From assembly GCA_038727135.1 (NCBI GenBank), contig JAVYWL010000001.1:480001-544000 (forward strand): 64,000 bases of DNA. The letters run 5' to 3'. This stretch comes from Candidatus Bathyarchaeia archaeon (GTDB lineage Archaea; Thermoproteota; Bathyarchaeia; Bathyarchaeales; Bathycorpusculaceae). The position numbers and the translations under genes are program-made. The notes beneath the pieces were generated by a model. That model was not told the origin of the DNA and did not search any database. It saw only the letters and a program-made list of their open reading frames with translations. Of this stretch, positions 10,760 to 20,071 are shown piece after piece; within the stretch, counting starts at the first letter, position 1; each line of letters opens with the position of its first letter.

Positions 10760-11419
10760 TTGGTGCTTCCAGCAGAAACAGAGGAACGCGTTAAACGTAG
10801 AGCTTTAAGCGTATGTCAAGAACACCTAAGGAAGGTACTAGACTTAACGCGAAAGGTTCCCCAAATGATTGAATGCTTTATAAAAAACGACAAGGCGCGG
10901 GCAAAGCAAATCTATAACGAAATCAGAATGGGCGAAGAAGACGTTGATAATGCTAGACGCCTAGTTTCCCGCGAGCTTGCAGAGATAGGCGCCATACTCC
11001 TAAGCCGCGAAGACTTCCTAAGATTCACAAATTTGGCTGGGGAAATTGCCGACTTCTCTGAGGGAATAGCCTTCCGCATCCTCGAAATAATGGAGCACAG
11101 CTGGAACGTGCCTACGGAGATAAAAAAGGACCTTTTAAAACTTTCAGAAGCCTCGCTGGAAACTGTGCTTAAACTGAGAGAAACAATGATGGTCTTGGCT
11201 TATGGTTCAGAGAAAGCTATGGAAAAAGCCAGCGAGGTTGAATCGGCGGAACGCGTTGTTGACGAGCTTTATCGGACCCTTGAAATAAAACTTCTAAACA
11301 GCAAGCTGGAAATCCCGGCGCTCATACTTTTGAGGGACATCCTACAACTTTTGGAGGATTCCGCCGACAAAGCTGAAGATGCTGCAGACGCCGCAAGAGT
11401 CTTATCCTTCATAATGTAA
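10760..11419 (+). CDS. DUF47/PhoU-like helical protein
   Basis: Repeated ExxxD helical pattern (EEDVD, ERVVD, EDSADKAEDAAD). Confidence 0.8.
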   Translation: MVLPAETEERVKRRALSVCQEHLRKVLDLTRKVPQMIECFIKNDKARAKQIYNEIRMGEEDVDNARRLVSRELAEIGAILLSREDFLRFTNLAGEIADFSEGIAFRILEIMEHSWNVPTEIKKDLLKLSEASLETVLKLRETMMVLAYGSEKAMEKASEVESAERVVDELYRTLEIKLLNSKLEIPALILLRDILQLLEDSADKAEDAADAARVLSFIM

Positions 11420-11441
11420 TGCAAAGCAAAGGGACAAAACA

Positions 11442-11999
11442 GTGCCGAGAAAAATACCAGTAGAATTCATCGAAAACTTTCTGGTGGTTTGGAACCCAAG
11501 CGATGGGTCTGAACTTTACAAGATGGGTTTTTATGGCAAGCCACTTGGGATACCAAAGCCGAAAATTCCAGAGTTTAATGTTCCATTGATTTTGGATTTG
11601 ATGGAGGGTTTATACCTCGCCGAGAAGGGAATAATCACCGTTTATGAGGGCGCGGAAAAAACCCGCGTAAGTCTCAAAAAACTTCGACAGAAAGCCAGAA
11701 CATTATATGAGGAGTTTGACGAGAAATATGCTGTTTACCGTGACCTGCGGGACAGCGGAATGGTTGTCACGCCGGGAATAAAGTTTGGATGCGACTTTGC
11801 AGTCTACAAGCATGGACCGGGATTGGAACACGCCCCCTACATGGTCTCAGTTAAGAAGGCCTCATCCGAATTAACAGCCACAGAAATAGTTAAAGCTGGA
11901 AGATTGGCGACGACTGTGCGGAAAAGATTCATAATAGCGGTGCCAGATTTGGAGAAGGGGAAAATAAGGTACCTGATATTTAAGTGGTTTAAAGCATAG
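11442..11999 (+). CDS. endA: tRNA-splicing endonuclease, catalytic subunit
   Basis: VYRDLR, PGIKFGCDFAVY, HAPY and RLATTVRK carry the Tyr/His/Lys triad; GKPLGIPKPK loop. Confidence 0.95.
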   Translation: MPRKIPVEFIENFLVVWNPSDGSELYKMGFYGKPLGIPKPKIPEFNVPLILDLMEGLYLAEKGIITVYEGAEKTRVSLKKLRQKARTLYEEFDEKYAVYRDLRDSGMVVTPGIKFGCDFAVYKHGPGLEHAPYMVSVKKASSELTATEIVKAGRLATTVRKRFIIAVPDLEKGKIRYLIFKWFKA

Positions 12000-12485
12000 C
12001 TACATCTTTCTTTCAGCACTTTTCATGATTATTTGAAGAAGCTCTTCTTCTAAAGTTAACCCCAACTTCGGATTCTCAACCATCCTTCCCAGCTCCACAC
12101 CTTCCTTGTTAAAAATCAGAATTAAGGGGATTTTGTCCACGTTAAATATTTCAACCTCTGGTGGCGACGGCGGGATGCTCCATTTCCGTTTCAGATTTAG
12201 CGGGTCCCTCTTTAGCCCTCCGAAAATCCTGACATCTAATCCTGTTGCTTCCGATAACAACGCTAAAACTGGGATGTTGGCAGCGCAGTCTTTGCACCAC
12301 TCAGCGGAGAAGGCAACCACCACAACGTTGTTTGCGAGCTTCTTTAGTTCGCTAACCGCTTCTGGGTTTAGCTTGTACGCCTTCTTCCGTTCAAGAAATT
12401 TTTCGCGGAAGGGTTCGCTGATATTTGCGATGTATTGATTTACGGACACTGTTCTCTGCTTGATCTGCTCTAAGTCGATTTTCAT
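12000..12485 (-). CDS. Thioredoxin-fold protein
   Basis: WCKDC redox motif, cis-Pro KIP and ELGRMVENP. Confidence 0.85.
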   Translation of the reverse strand: MKIDLEQIKQRTVSVNQYIANISEPFREKFLERKKAYKLNPEAVSELKKLANNVVVVAFSAEWCKDCAANIPVLALLSEATGLDVRIFGGLKRDPLNLKRKWSIPPSPPEVEIFNVDKIPLILIFNKEGVELGRMVENPKLGLTLEEELLQIIMKSAERKM

Positions 12486-12487
12486 TT

Positions 12488-13768
12488 TTAACCCGGCATT
12501 ATTGTCTGATTCACAAATTCGCCTCTAACATATTGGTGGGGATAAATTTTTGTCGCCTTGAGAAGGCAGCCTTCGGCTATTGTGACGTCGTCTGCTATAA
12601 CTGAAATTTCGCTTATTTTTGTTGGTTTTCTTGCACTGGAGCGGATTGTTACATGTCTCCCTATTATGCTGTCTTTTATTTCGGCTTTCGCCTCTATTAT
12701 GGCTCTGTCCATTACGGCGGAGTTTTCTATGGTCACTCCATCCTCTATTTTTGTGTAGCTGTCGATGCATGAGTTCGCGATGTGCACTCCGTCGCCTATT
12801 TTACAGTGTCGCCCAATCAAAACTGAGCCTTCAACCTCAATTTTTCCCTCTTTAATCTTCCTTATAATTTCCTTTCGACGCTTAATGGACTCTGGACTTT
12901 CACCTTGAACCCAAACCCTTGTTTCTTCACCTATTCTCCCACCAAAGTCCGTAAGTGAGGAGAAGCGTCCCTCAAGCATGTCTCTCATGGCTTCCAAATA
13001 GCGTTTTGGAGTGCCAACATCATACCAGCTTCCCTTTAGAACATAGCCATAAACTGGTCTGCCAGTCTCTATCACATATGGAATAAAGTCGTAGCCAAAG
13101 TCCAGACGGTTTCGCTCTTTCATCAGTTTTTTAACACCCTTTTCTTTGAAAATTTTCCTTATTTCTGGAGAGACCATGTATAAGCCAGTGTTAGCCAGAT
13201 TTGACGGCGCCTCCTTTGGTGTTGGCTTTTCCACAAATTTACGGATTCTCATGTCTTTGTCTATGTCAGCTATTCCATAACCCTCGACATCTTCAACTTC
13301 TCTGAGGGCTATTGTTATAATCGCTTCTTTCTTGCGGTGAAATTCAATGAGTTCTTTCAAATCGACGTCAAATATGTTGTCTCCTTGAACCGCAAACACG
13401 GGGTCCCTCACGTTGTAGTATTCTATGTTTATTCTCGCCGAGTCGGCGCTTCCCAAGTCGTCTATGTTTGGCTGGTATTTAATGTGCACACGGGGCGTTA
13501 TACCATAACGGGCTGAAAAACCGTAACCAGACTCGAAATAGTCATGCAAATCCCTATAATTTGTGTATCCTTTAACACCAAAGATGAAGTTTCTAATGCC
13601 TTGACGAGCGAGGGACAATAGCGAGAATTCTATGAGGGGTCTGTTTAGTAGGCGGATGCAAGCCTTGCTGGTTTCTGCTGTTAACGGCAGCAGCCTTGTG
13701 GCTTTACCCCCTACTGGAATTATGACTCGTAACCTCTCCGGTTCATAGTTGTGGCGCAAAAACTCCAC
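12488..13768 (-). CDS. NDP-sugar pyrophosphorylase (nucleotidyltransferase plus left-handed beta-helix)
   Basis: GGKATRLLPLT, FVEKP and WYDVGT motifs; hexapeptide-repeat C-terminus. Confidence 0.9.
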   Translation of the reverse strand: MEFLRHNYEPERLRVIIPVGGKATRLLPLTAETSKACIRLLNRPLIEFSLLSLARQGIRNFIFGVKGYTNYRDLHDYFESGYGFSARYGITPRVHIKYQPNIDDLGSADSARINIEYYNVRDPVFAVQGDNIFDVDLKELIEFHRKKEAIITIALREVEDVEGYGIADIDKDMRIRKFVEKPTPKEAPSNLANTGLYMVSPEIRKIFKEKGVKKLMKERNRLDFGYDFIPYVIETGRPVYGYVLKGSWYDVGTPKRYLEAMRDMLEGRFSSLTDFGGRIGEETRVWVQGESPESIKRRKEIIRKIKEGKIEVEGSVLIGRHCKIGDGVHIANSCIDSYTKIEDGVTIENSAVMDRAIIEAKAEIKDSIIGRHVTIRSSARKPTKISEISVIADDVTIAEGCLLKATKIYPHQYVRGEFVNQTIMPG

Positions 13769-13872
13769 CAGCTTTTACAATGCATATTATGATTAAGCGT
13801 ATTAAACTTTCTAAAGGGAAACGCGAATTTTATAACTAAAGCCAAATTATTTTAATGCGAAAGGTTTAGGTT

Positions 13873-14742
13873 ATGAACGAAATCTTTGGTTTCGTTCGTT
13901 TGATGCGCCCCGTAAACTGTTTGATGATGGGTTTTGCCGTTATAGTTGGTGCAGCCATTGCAGATCCGAAGGCCTTAACAACTCATCTATGGAGCCTCAT
14001 CTGCGGGTTTTTCACAGGTTTTTTGCTAACGGCGGCAGCTATGACCATAAACGACTATTATGATAGGGAGATAGACGCCATAAACGAGCCTTCTAGACCT
14101 ATCCCGAGCGGCGTAATTAAGCCAACAGAGGCACTTGTCTTCGCCCTTTTGCTCACAGCATCGGGCTTGGCGACAGCTGCCATCACATGCGTTGCCACAA
14201 AGTCCATTCATTGTTTTTTAATAGCTTTAATTTTTTGGCTAATTTCAGTAGCATATGCCACCGTTGGGAAGCGAACTGGGCTTCCGGGAAACTTCTTGGT
14301 TAGCGCGTGTGTTTCAGCTCCTTTTGTCTATGGAAGCTTAGCTGTAACTAACAAAGTTGTATTGAACATGTGGATTTTCGTTTCCATTGTTTTTCTGTCG
14401 AACACGGGAAGAGAAATAACGAAAGGTATTGTTGACATTGAAGGAGATAAAGCACGAAACGTGCGCACTTTAGCTGTCCTCTTTGGACCGCGCAAAGCCG
14501 CAGTTGCAGCATCCATCTTTTACTTATTAGCCGTTGCTTTGACTCCACTGCCGCCAGCCTTAAATCTCGTTTCAGCGTGGTTTATCCCCATAGTAGCCAT
14601 AACAGACATAGGATTGGCGGCATCTTCAATTTCAATTTTAAGGGACTATACAAGGGAGAACGCCAAAAAAGTGAAAAACCATGTTTTGTTATGGTTTTTT
14701 GCAGGACTTATTGCCTTCGTGGCAGGAAGTTTGTTGCGTTAA
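13873..14742 (+). CDS. UbiA-family prenyltransferase, probable DGGGP synthase
   Basis: RPVN, NDYYDREIDAINEPSRPIPSG and REITKGIVDIEGD motifs. Confidence 0.9.
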   Translation: MNEIFGFVRLMRPVNCLMMGFAVIVGAAIADPKALTTHLWSLICGFFTGFLLTAAAMTINDYYDREIDAINEPSRPIPSGVIKPTEALVFALLLTASGLATAAITCVATKSIHCFLIALIFWLISVAYATVGKRTGLPGNFLVSACVSAPFVYGSLAVTNKVVLNMWIFVSIVFLSNTGREITKGIVDIEGDKARNVRTLAVLFGPRKAAVAASIFYLLAVALTPLPPALNLVSAWFIPIVAITDIGLAASSISILRDYTRENAKKVKNHVLLWFFAGLIAFVAGSLLR

Positions 14743-14824
14743 AATTGTTCACGCTCAATGTTCTAGAAGTTGGAATTATAAGCACTCCTAGCTATTACTT
14801 TCATTTAGACCCCAAAAATGTGAA

Positions 14825-15280
14825 GTGCTGCAATTGCATAGTGAAGAAGAAAGCAAACTTGAGTATGCCCTCCGCGGGAAGGCTTGGAAGGTTTACTGGC
14901 TTCTCTTGAAAAACGGGCGCCCAATGAGCGTGCGCGAGGTTCAAAAGGCTTTACGTTTCAGCAGTCCAAGCGTGGCACAACATCATCTTGAACAATTAAG
15001 AGAAATGGGCTTAGTTCAAAAACAGGAGGTGGGCGGCCACTACTACCTTGTAGGCGAAGTTAAAATTGGTGTACTTCGTCACTTTGTTAAGTTGGGCAAA
15101 CTTCTCTTTCCAAGATACTTGTTTTACGCTGTTTTCTCCACAACCTTCTATGCAACCTACCTCATACTTTCCATGCCCAATTTCACACGGGAAAGCCTAT
15201 TCCTCATAATTTTTGGAGCCATTGTATCAGCAATATTTTGGTATGAAACTATACGAGTATGGTTGTTAAAACCGTTCTAA
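14825..15280 (+). CDS. Winged-helix protein with C-terminal transmembrane helices
   Basis: MSVREVQKAL.FSSPSVAQHHLEQL wHTH followed by two hydrophobic helices. Start position uncertain. Confidence 0.8.
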   Translation: MLQLHSEEESKLEYALRGKAWKVYWLLLKNGRPMSVREVQKALRFSSPSVAQHHLEQLREMGLVQKQEVGGHYYLVGEVKIGVLRHFVKLGKLLFPRYLFYAVFSTTFYATYLILSMPNFTRESLFLIIFGAIVSAIFWYETIRVWLLKPF

Positions 15281-15350
15281 CCGTTAGACGGATTGTACCA
15301 AAAATTAGGATAAAATAAAAGAAAGCGACATTTTTAAACGGTGAAACAAT

Positions 15351-17192
15351 TTGTCAAGAGAAGTTAAAAGGCGGGCGGCAACTTACAGTCTAGCAGCAGT
15401 CTTAATCGCCCTAATATTAGGGGCATTATGCCATAACCTTGGAACACAACCATTAGGAAACCAAAACCAGAATCAGCCTACTCCACAACCATCACCGCAA
15501 CCGTCACCAGAGCCAACGCCCCAACCCTCACGACAATCCCTGAAAACCTTCTCATCGTATCAAGAACTTCTAAACTTCATAACGAAGAATGTAAATGTGG
15601 GAGTTTACCCATTCTATGGACCGGTAGACCTTAGAGTATTGGAAACAATAAGCCCAACACCTGTTTATAAAGATGTGGAATATTCAACTACAAATGTGCA
15701 AGTAGCGGGTGTTGATGAAGCAGACATTGTAAAAACTGATGGCGAATACCTCTACGTGATAGCCAACAACAACGTCTACATTTTGAAGGCTTATCCGCCG
15801 GAAAGCGCCACCTTAATTTCAAAAATAGCATTAGAAAACAATACCTACCCAGCTGGATTATTTGTAAGCTCTGATGGTAATAAGCTGGCAGTTCTTGGAA
15901 GCAAATACAGTTTTCCGCCATGGTCATACTATTACGGGCATTGTTATATTATTGATGGCAAAACGTTCATTTACGTCTATGACGTCTCAAACAAAACAAA
16001 CCCCGTTCTCGTAAGAGATTTCATGATGACTGGCAGCTATTTCAACTCAAGAATGATTGGCGAGTACATATATGCCGTCATCGGTCAACCAGTCTACGTA
16101 ATCTATGATAAGGTTATTCTCCCACAAGTCTACCTAAAGGATGGGATTAGAGAGATTGAAGCCACAAAAATATACTATTCAAACGTGTCTGAGGAACACT
16201 ACGCTTTCACGACAATCGTCGCCTTAAATATAATGAACGAAACTGAAGAACCGAACACCCTAACTATAATGATTGGAGGAACAAGCAACCTATACGTCTC
16301 ATTAAACAACATCTACATAACATTCCACAGCTTTAATTGGCGAACAAACATTACCGCACCTTGGCAAACAACCATTTACAGAATAAGGATAGAAAACAAA
16401 ACAATGAGTTGGGAAGCAACGGGCACAGTGCCAGGACATGAAATTAACCAGTTCGCCATGGACGAGTACAATAACCATTTTAGAATAGCAACCATGAAGT
16501 GGGTTGACGGGATAATTCAAAATGACCTATACATACTAGACATGAATCTAACAATAGTCGGAAACTTAACAAATATAGTACCCAACGAAACTTTAGACTC
16601 GGCAAGATTCATCGGAAACCGCTGTTACCTAACGACATCGGTTCGAAGGATAGACCCCTTCTTTGTGATAGATGTTGAAAACCCATACAAGCCAAAGATT
16701 TTAGGCAGTTTAAATATTCCTGGTTTCACAAGGTACCTACATCCATATGATGAAACGCATCTGATTGGCGTCGGCAGGGACGAAAGAAACAGTGTGCAAA
16801 TATTGCTGTTTGATGTGAGCAATGTTAGCAATCCAATAACGGTTGGTAACTTTACGGTTGTGGGGGAATATTCGGACACACCAGTTTTGTGGGAGCATAA
16901 GGCGTTTCTCTTTGATAAGGCTAAGGAATTGCTGGTTATCCCGTTGCTTATCTGCGACTATTCGAAAACCTGTTGGCAAGGCGTCTACGTATTTAACACA
17001 ACCGACTGTGCACTTACACTTAAAGGAAATGTCACACATTTAGAAGGCGACACCAGTTGGCGGTGGGACTACGCCTACCAGATTAAAAGATCCTTATACA
17101 TCGAGGACATGCTTTACACAGTGTCTGAAATGAAGCTAAAAATAAATTGGTTAGTGGACCTTTCGCCAAAAGCAGAAATTGTCTTCCCCTAA
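15351..17192 (+). CDS. Secreted or membrane-anchored beta-propeller protein (Beta_propel family)
   Basis: N-terminal hydrophobic segment, P/Q linker, YSTTNVQVAGVDEADIVKTDG, DPFFVID and LNIPGF..YLHP motifs. Confidence 0.88.
   Translation: MSREVKRRAATYSLAAVLIALILGALCHNLGTQPLGNQNQNQPTPQPSPQPSPEPTPQPSRQSLKTFSSYQELLNFITKNVNVGVYPFYGPVDLRVLETISPTPVYKDVEYSTTNVQVAGVDEADIVKTDGEYLYVIANNNVYILKAYPPESATLISKIALENNTYPAGLFVSSDGNKLAVLGSKYSFPPWSYYYGHCYIIDGKTFIYVYDVSNKTNPVLVRDFMMTGSYFNSRMIGEYIYAVIGQPVYVIYDKVILPQVYLKDGIREIEATKIYYSNVSEEHYAFTTIVALNIMNETEEPNTLTIMIGGTSNLYVSLNNIYITFHSFNWRTNITAPWQTTIYRIRIENKTMSWEATGTVPGHEINQFAMDEYNNHFRIATMKWVDGIIQNDLYILDMNLTIVGNLTNIVPNETLDSARFIGNRCYLTTSVRRIDPFFVIDVENPYKPKILGSLNIPGFTRYLHPYDETHLIGVGRDERNSVQILLFDVSNVSNPITVGNFTVVGEYSDTPVLWEHKAFLFDKAKELLVIPLLICDYSKTCWQGVYVFNTTDCALTLKGNVTHLEGDTSWRWDYAYQIKRSLYIEDMLYTVSEMKLKINWLVDLSPKAEIVFP
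15458..15530 (+). repeat. Low-complexity coding repeat (NQNQNQ followed by PTPQ/PSPQ/PSPE units)
   Basis: Degenerate 12-nt units such as ccacaaccatca, ccgcaaccgtca and ccagagccaacg. Confidence 0.7.
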
Positions 17193-18556
17193 ACTCCTTC
17201 CTTTTTTGGCTCCATGTGAACCGTGACTATGGTTTCTGTGAATCTTCGTTTCACTCCATTCTCGATTTTTGATGCTACTTTGTGGGCTTCCTCTATTGAG
17301 ATTTGGCTTGTGAAACAGCAGTCTATGTTTATGTAGCGTTTCCCGCCTACAATGTATGTGACTATTCGCTTAACTGAGAACACTTGTTGCAGGTTTTCAG
17401 CCGTTTTATAGATTACTTGCTGAATTTCCCTTTCATCCACTGCTGGGCCTCGCTGTTTCATGTCAAATGGTTCGATGTGAACTGTTACGTTGCTGACGTT
17501 TTCCAGTTTTTCGCTTAGCCTACCCTCTATCTTCTCAGCAAGCTCATGAGCTTCACTTATAGACAAAGAGGGATCAACATATGCGTGTAATGTAACGTAG
17601 AGTTTGCCATGGGAATAAACAACATTTACTTCGTGAACCTCTTTGACGCCCTCAACTTCCCTAGCCAACTTTTCCACAAGTTGAGGAGTTAAAATTTCCT
17701 TTTCTGGTGGCTCCACGTGGATTAAGACTTCAGCATTCCTCAACACTTTCTTCAGCTTATCCTCAACATGCGTTGCAAGAGTGTGGGCTTCCTCCAGCCC
17801 TATGTAGTCTGGAACTTGTATCGTAGCTTCAACAAAGGTTTTGTCTCCAGCCCTTCTAACCCTTAACCCTTTAACGTTGGAAACACCTATGGTTGAGGCT
17901 ATTTCCTTTCGCACCTTTTCTGCAACATCCCTTGAGATCGCGTCGCTCAGCTCCATTCCGCTTGTTTTCACCAGCCTAATGCTCAAGTAGCCTATAGCAG
18001 CGCTTAATATGAGAGAGGCAACAGCATCTGATACTGGAAAACCCAATGTGGCAAGTCCGAAGCCTAAAAGAGCGATGAGAGTTGAGCCTAAATCTGCCAG
18101 AGCATGATAGAAGCCAGCTTTAACGGTCACGCTTTCCATCTCCACTGAATGTAGCACCCTAACTCTTAAAATGTCTATGCAGAAGGTGTAGCCTATTGCG
18201 GCGAAACCAACTAGCTCCCACTCTTGGTTTAAAGGCTCACCATGCAAAAGCCTTTGAACAGCCCTGATAATTAGGAGAATGCCTGTGCCGAAAAGTATGA
18301 CCCCACCAATAAGCCCGCCGAGCGGCTCAATTTTCTCATGCCCATACATGTGTTCCTCGTCCGGCGGCTTTAGCGAGGCTTTGGCTGCCACCAAGAGAAT
18401 TAGCATGGTTACGGCATCCAGCAATGCGTGCACGCCGTCGCTCAGGATGGCTAGGCTGCCAACAGCCAAGCCCAAAACAACTTCTACAATCACAACGCTG
18501 GATATGGCTATGGCTGAAATTTTTAGGCTTCTAAGCCCGGTCTCTTTTAAAGGCAT
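17189..18556 (-). CDS. Cation diffusion facilitator transporter with three tandem C-terminal ZT_dimer domains
   Basis: SLAILSDGVHALLD, PPDEEHMYGHEKIE and HALAD; three repeats of EAH...HxEP. Confidence 0.92.
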   Translation of the reverse strand: MPLKETGLRSLKISAIAISSVVIVEVVLGLAVGSLAILSDGVHALLDAVTMLILLVAAKASLKPPDEEHMYGHEKIEPLGGLIGGVILFGTGILLIIRAVQRLLHGEPLNQEWELVGFAAIGYTFCIDILRVRVLHSVEMESVTVKAGFYHALADLGSTLIALLGFGLATLGFPVSDAVASLILSAAIGYLSIRLVKTSGMELSDAISRDVAEKVRKEIASTIGVSNVKGLRVRRAGDKTFVEATIQVPDYIGLEEAHTLATHVEDKLKKVLRNAEVLIHVEPPEKEILTPQLVEKLAREVEGVKEVHEVNVVYSHGKLYVTLHAYVDPSLSISEAHELAEKIEGRLSEKLENVSNVTVHIEPFDMKQRGPAVDEREIQQVIYKTAENLQQVFSVKRIVTYIVGGKRYINIDCCFTSQISIEEAHKVASKIENGVKRRFTETIVTVHMEPKKEGV

Positions 18557-18764
18557 TATTCATCAAATAGATTGCCCAGCCCTCGGGATTTAAGGATTGT
18601 GAAGCAGGGCTTAGCAAAACATTTAAAATAATAGCTTTTTACATGATTATGTGGGTATCAAAGTGCAAGGTGAACACTTTAACCCAGCAACATAAACCCC
18701 AGAAAATTTTCACCACACTCTATAGACTTGTTTCTCCTGAACTTTTTGAAGGAGGCACAAAACA

Positions 18765-20057
18765 ATGAGCATAAGCGACATCCTAGACGGAAGGCTAACC
18801 GAAAACGAAGTTGAAATAAAAGGCTGGCTTGTCAACAAACGCTCAAGCGGCGGAGTCCAATTCCTAATAATACGTGACGGGACAGGCTTCATACAAGCAA
18901 CCATCCACAAAGACGAGGTTTCAACAAAAGTTTTCGAAGACGCGGAGAGGCTAACTCAGGAATCCTCCATTATATTAAGGGGTGTCGTTAAGGAGGATAA
19001 GCGTGCGCCCGGAGGCTACGAAATAAGGGTTAGTGACCTGCAGATAGTGCACTTGGCTGAACGCGAATACCCATTGGCAAAAAAGGAGCACGGCATAGAC
19101 TTCCTAATGAATTATAGGCAATTGTGGATTAGAAGCCCAAGGCAGACAGCCATCCTTAGGATTAGAGCCGAAGTGATTAAGGCTTGCAGAGACTTTCTAG
19201 ACAGCAGAGGCTTCGTCTTAACAGACGCCCCAATATTCACGCCCGCCGCTGTTGAAGGAACAACAACCCTTTTTGAAGTTCCGTACTTTGGTGAGAAGGC
19301 CTACTTAACCCAAAGCGGACAGCTTTATGTTGAGGCCACAATGGCTGCCTTTGGAAAAGTATACTGTTTCGGCCCAACATTTAGGGCTGAAAAGTCCAAA
19401 ACGCCTAGACACTTAACAGAGTTCTGGATGGTTGAGCCGGAAATGGCTTTCTGTGATTTCGAGGAGAACTTGAAAGTGCAAGAGGAAATGGTAACCTACA
19501 TTGTTAAAACTGTTCTAGAGAGGCGGCGAAGAGAGCTTGAAACCCTTAAGCGGGACATAACACCTTTACAGAAGGTTGAGCCGCCCTTCGAGAGGATAAG
19601 CTACACAGAGGCTGTGGAAATGCTGCAGAAGGCTGGCTTCCCTATCCAATGGGGAGAAGACCTTGGAGCACCCCACGAACGGCACATTTCCCTTCAGTTT
19701 GAAAAGCCGGTGTTTGTCCACAGATATCCAGCCAAGGCTAAAGCCTTCTACATGCAGCCAGACCCAGAAAACCCAGAAGTCGTATTATGTGCCGATTTGA
19801 TGGCGCCTGAGGGCTATGGCGAAATAATAGGTGGGAGCCAACGCATTCACGACCTAAAACTGCTGGAAAAACGCATAGAAGAGTTTGGCTTGCCAAAACA
19901 AGCCTACGAATGGTACTTGGATTTGCGGAGGTATGGTTCAGTGCCGCATTCAGGCTTTGGACTGGGAATTGAGCGAACAGTCATGTGGATTTGCAAACTA
20001 AAGCATATAAGAGAAGCAATACCTTTCCCGAGGACGATAACCCGTATATATCCGTAG
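18765..20057 (+). CDS. asnS: Asparaginyl-tRNA synthetase
   Basis: [39 protein letters not shown] and [11 protein letters not shown] motifs. Confidence 0.93.
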   Translation: MSISDILDGRLTENEVEIKGWLVNKRSSGGVQFLIIRDGTGFIQATIHKDEVSTKVFEDAERLTQESSIILRGVVKEDKRAPGGYEIRVSDLQIVHLAEREYPLAKKEHGIDFLMNYRQLWIRSPRQTAILRIRAEVIKACRDFLDSRGFVLTDAPIFTPAAVEGTTTLFEVPYFGEKAYLTQSGQLYVEATMAAFGKVYCFGPTFRAEKSKTPRHLTEFWMVEPEMAFCDFEENLKVQEEMVTYIVKTVLERRRRELETLKRDITPLQKVEPPFERISYTEAVEMLQKAGFPIQWGEDLGAPHERHISLQFEKPVFVHRYPAKAKAFYMQPDPENPEVVLCADLMAPEGYGEIIGGSQRIHDLKLLEKRIEEFGLPKQAYEWYLDLRRYGSVPHSGFGLGIERTVMWICKLKHIREAIPFPRTITRIYP

Positions 20058-20071
20058 CTTTTTGACGTTTG

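Noticed and set aside
18644-18768. Possible 41-aa leader ORF ending at the asnS start (ATGA overlap)
   Set aside because: No Asn enrichment, recognisable motif or attenuator structure; probably chance.
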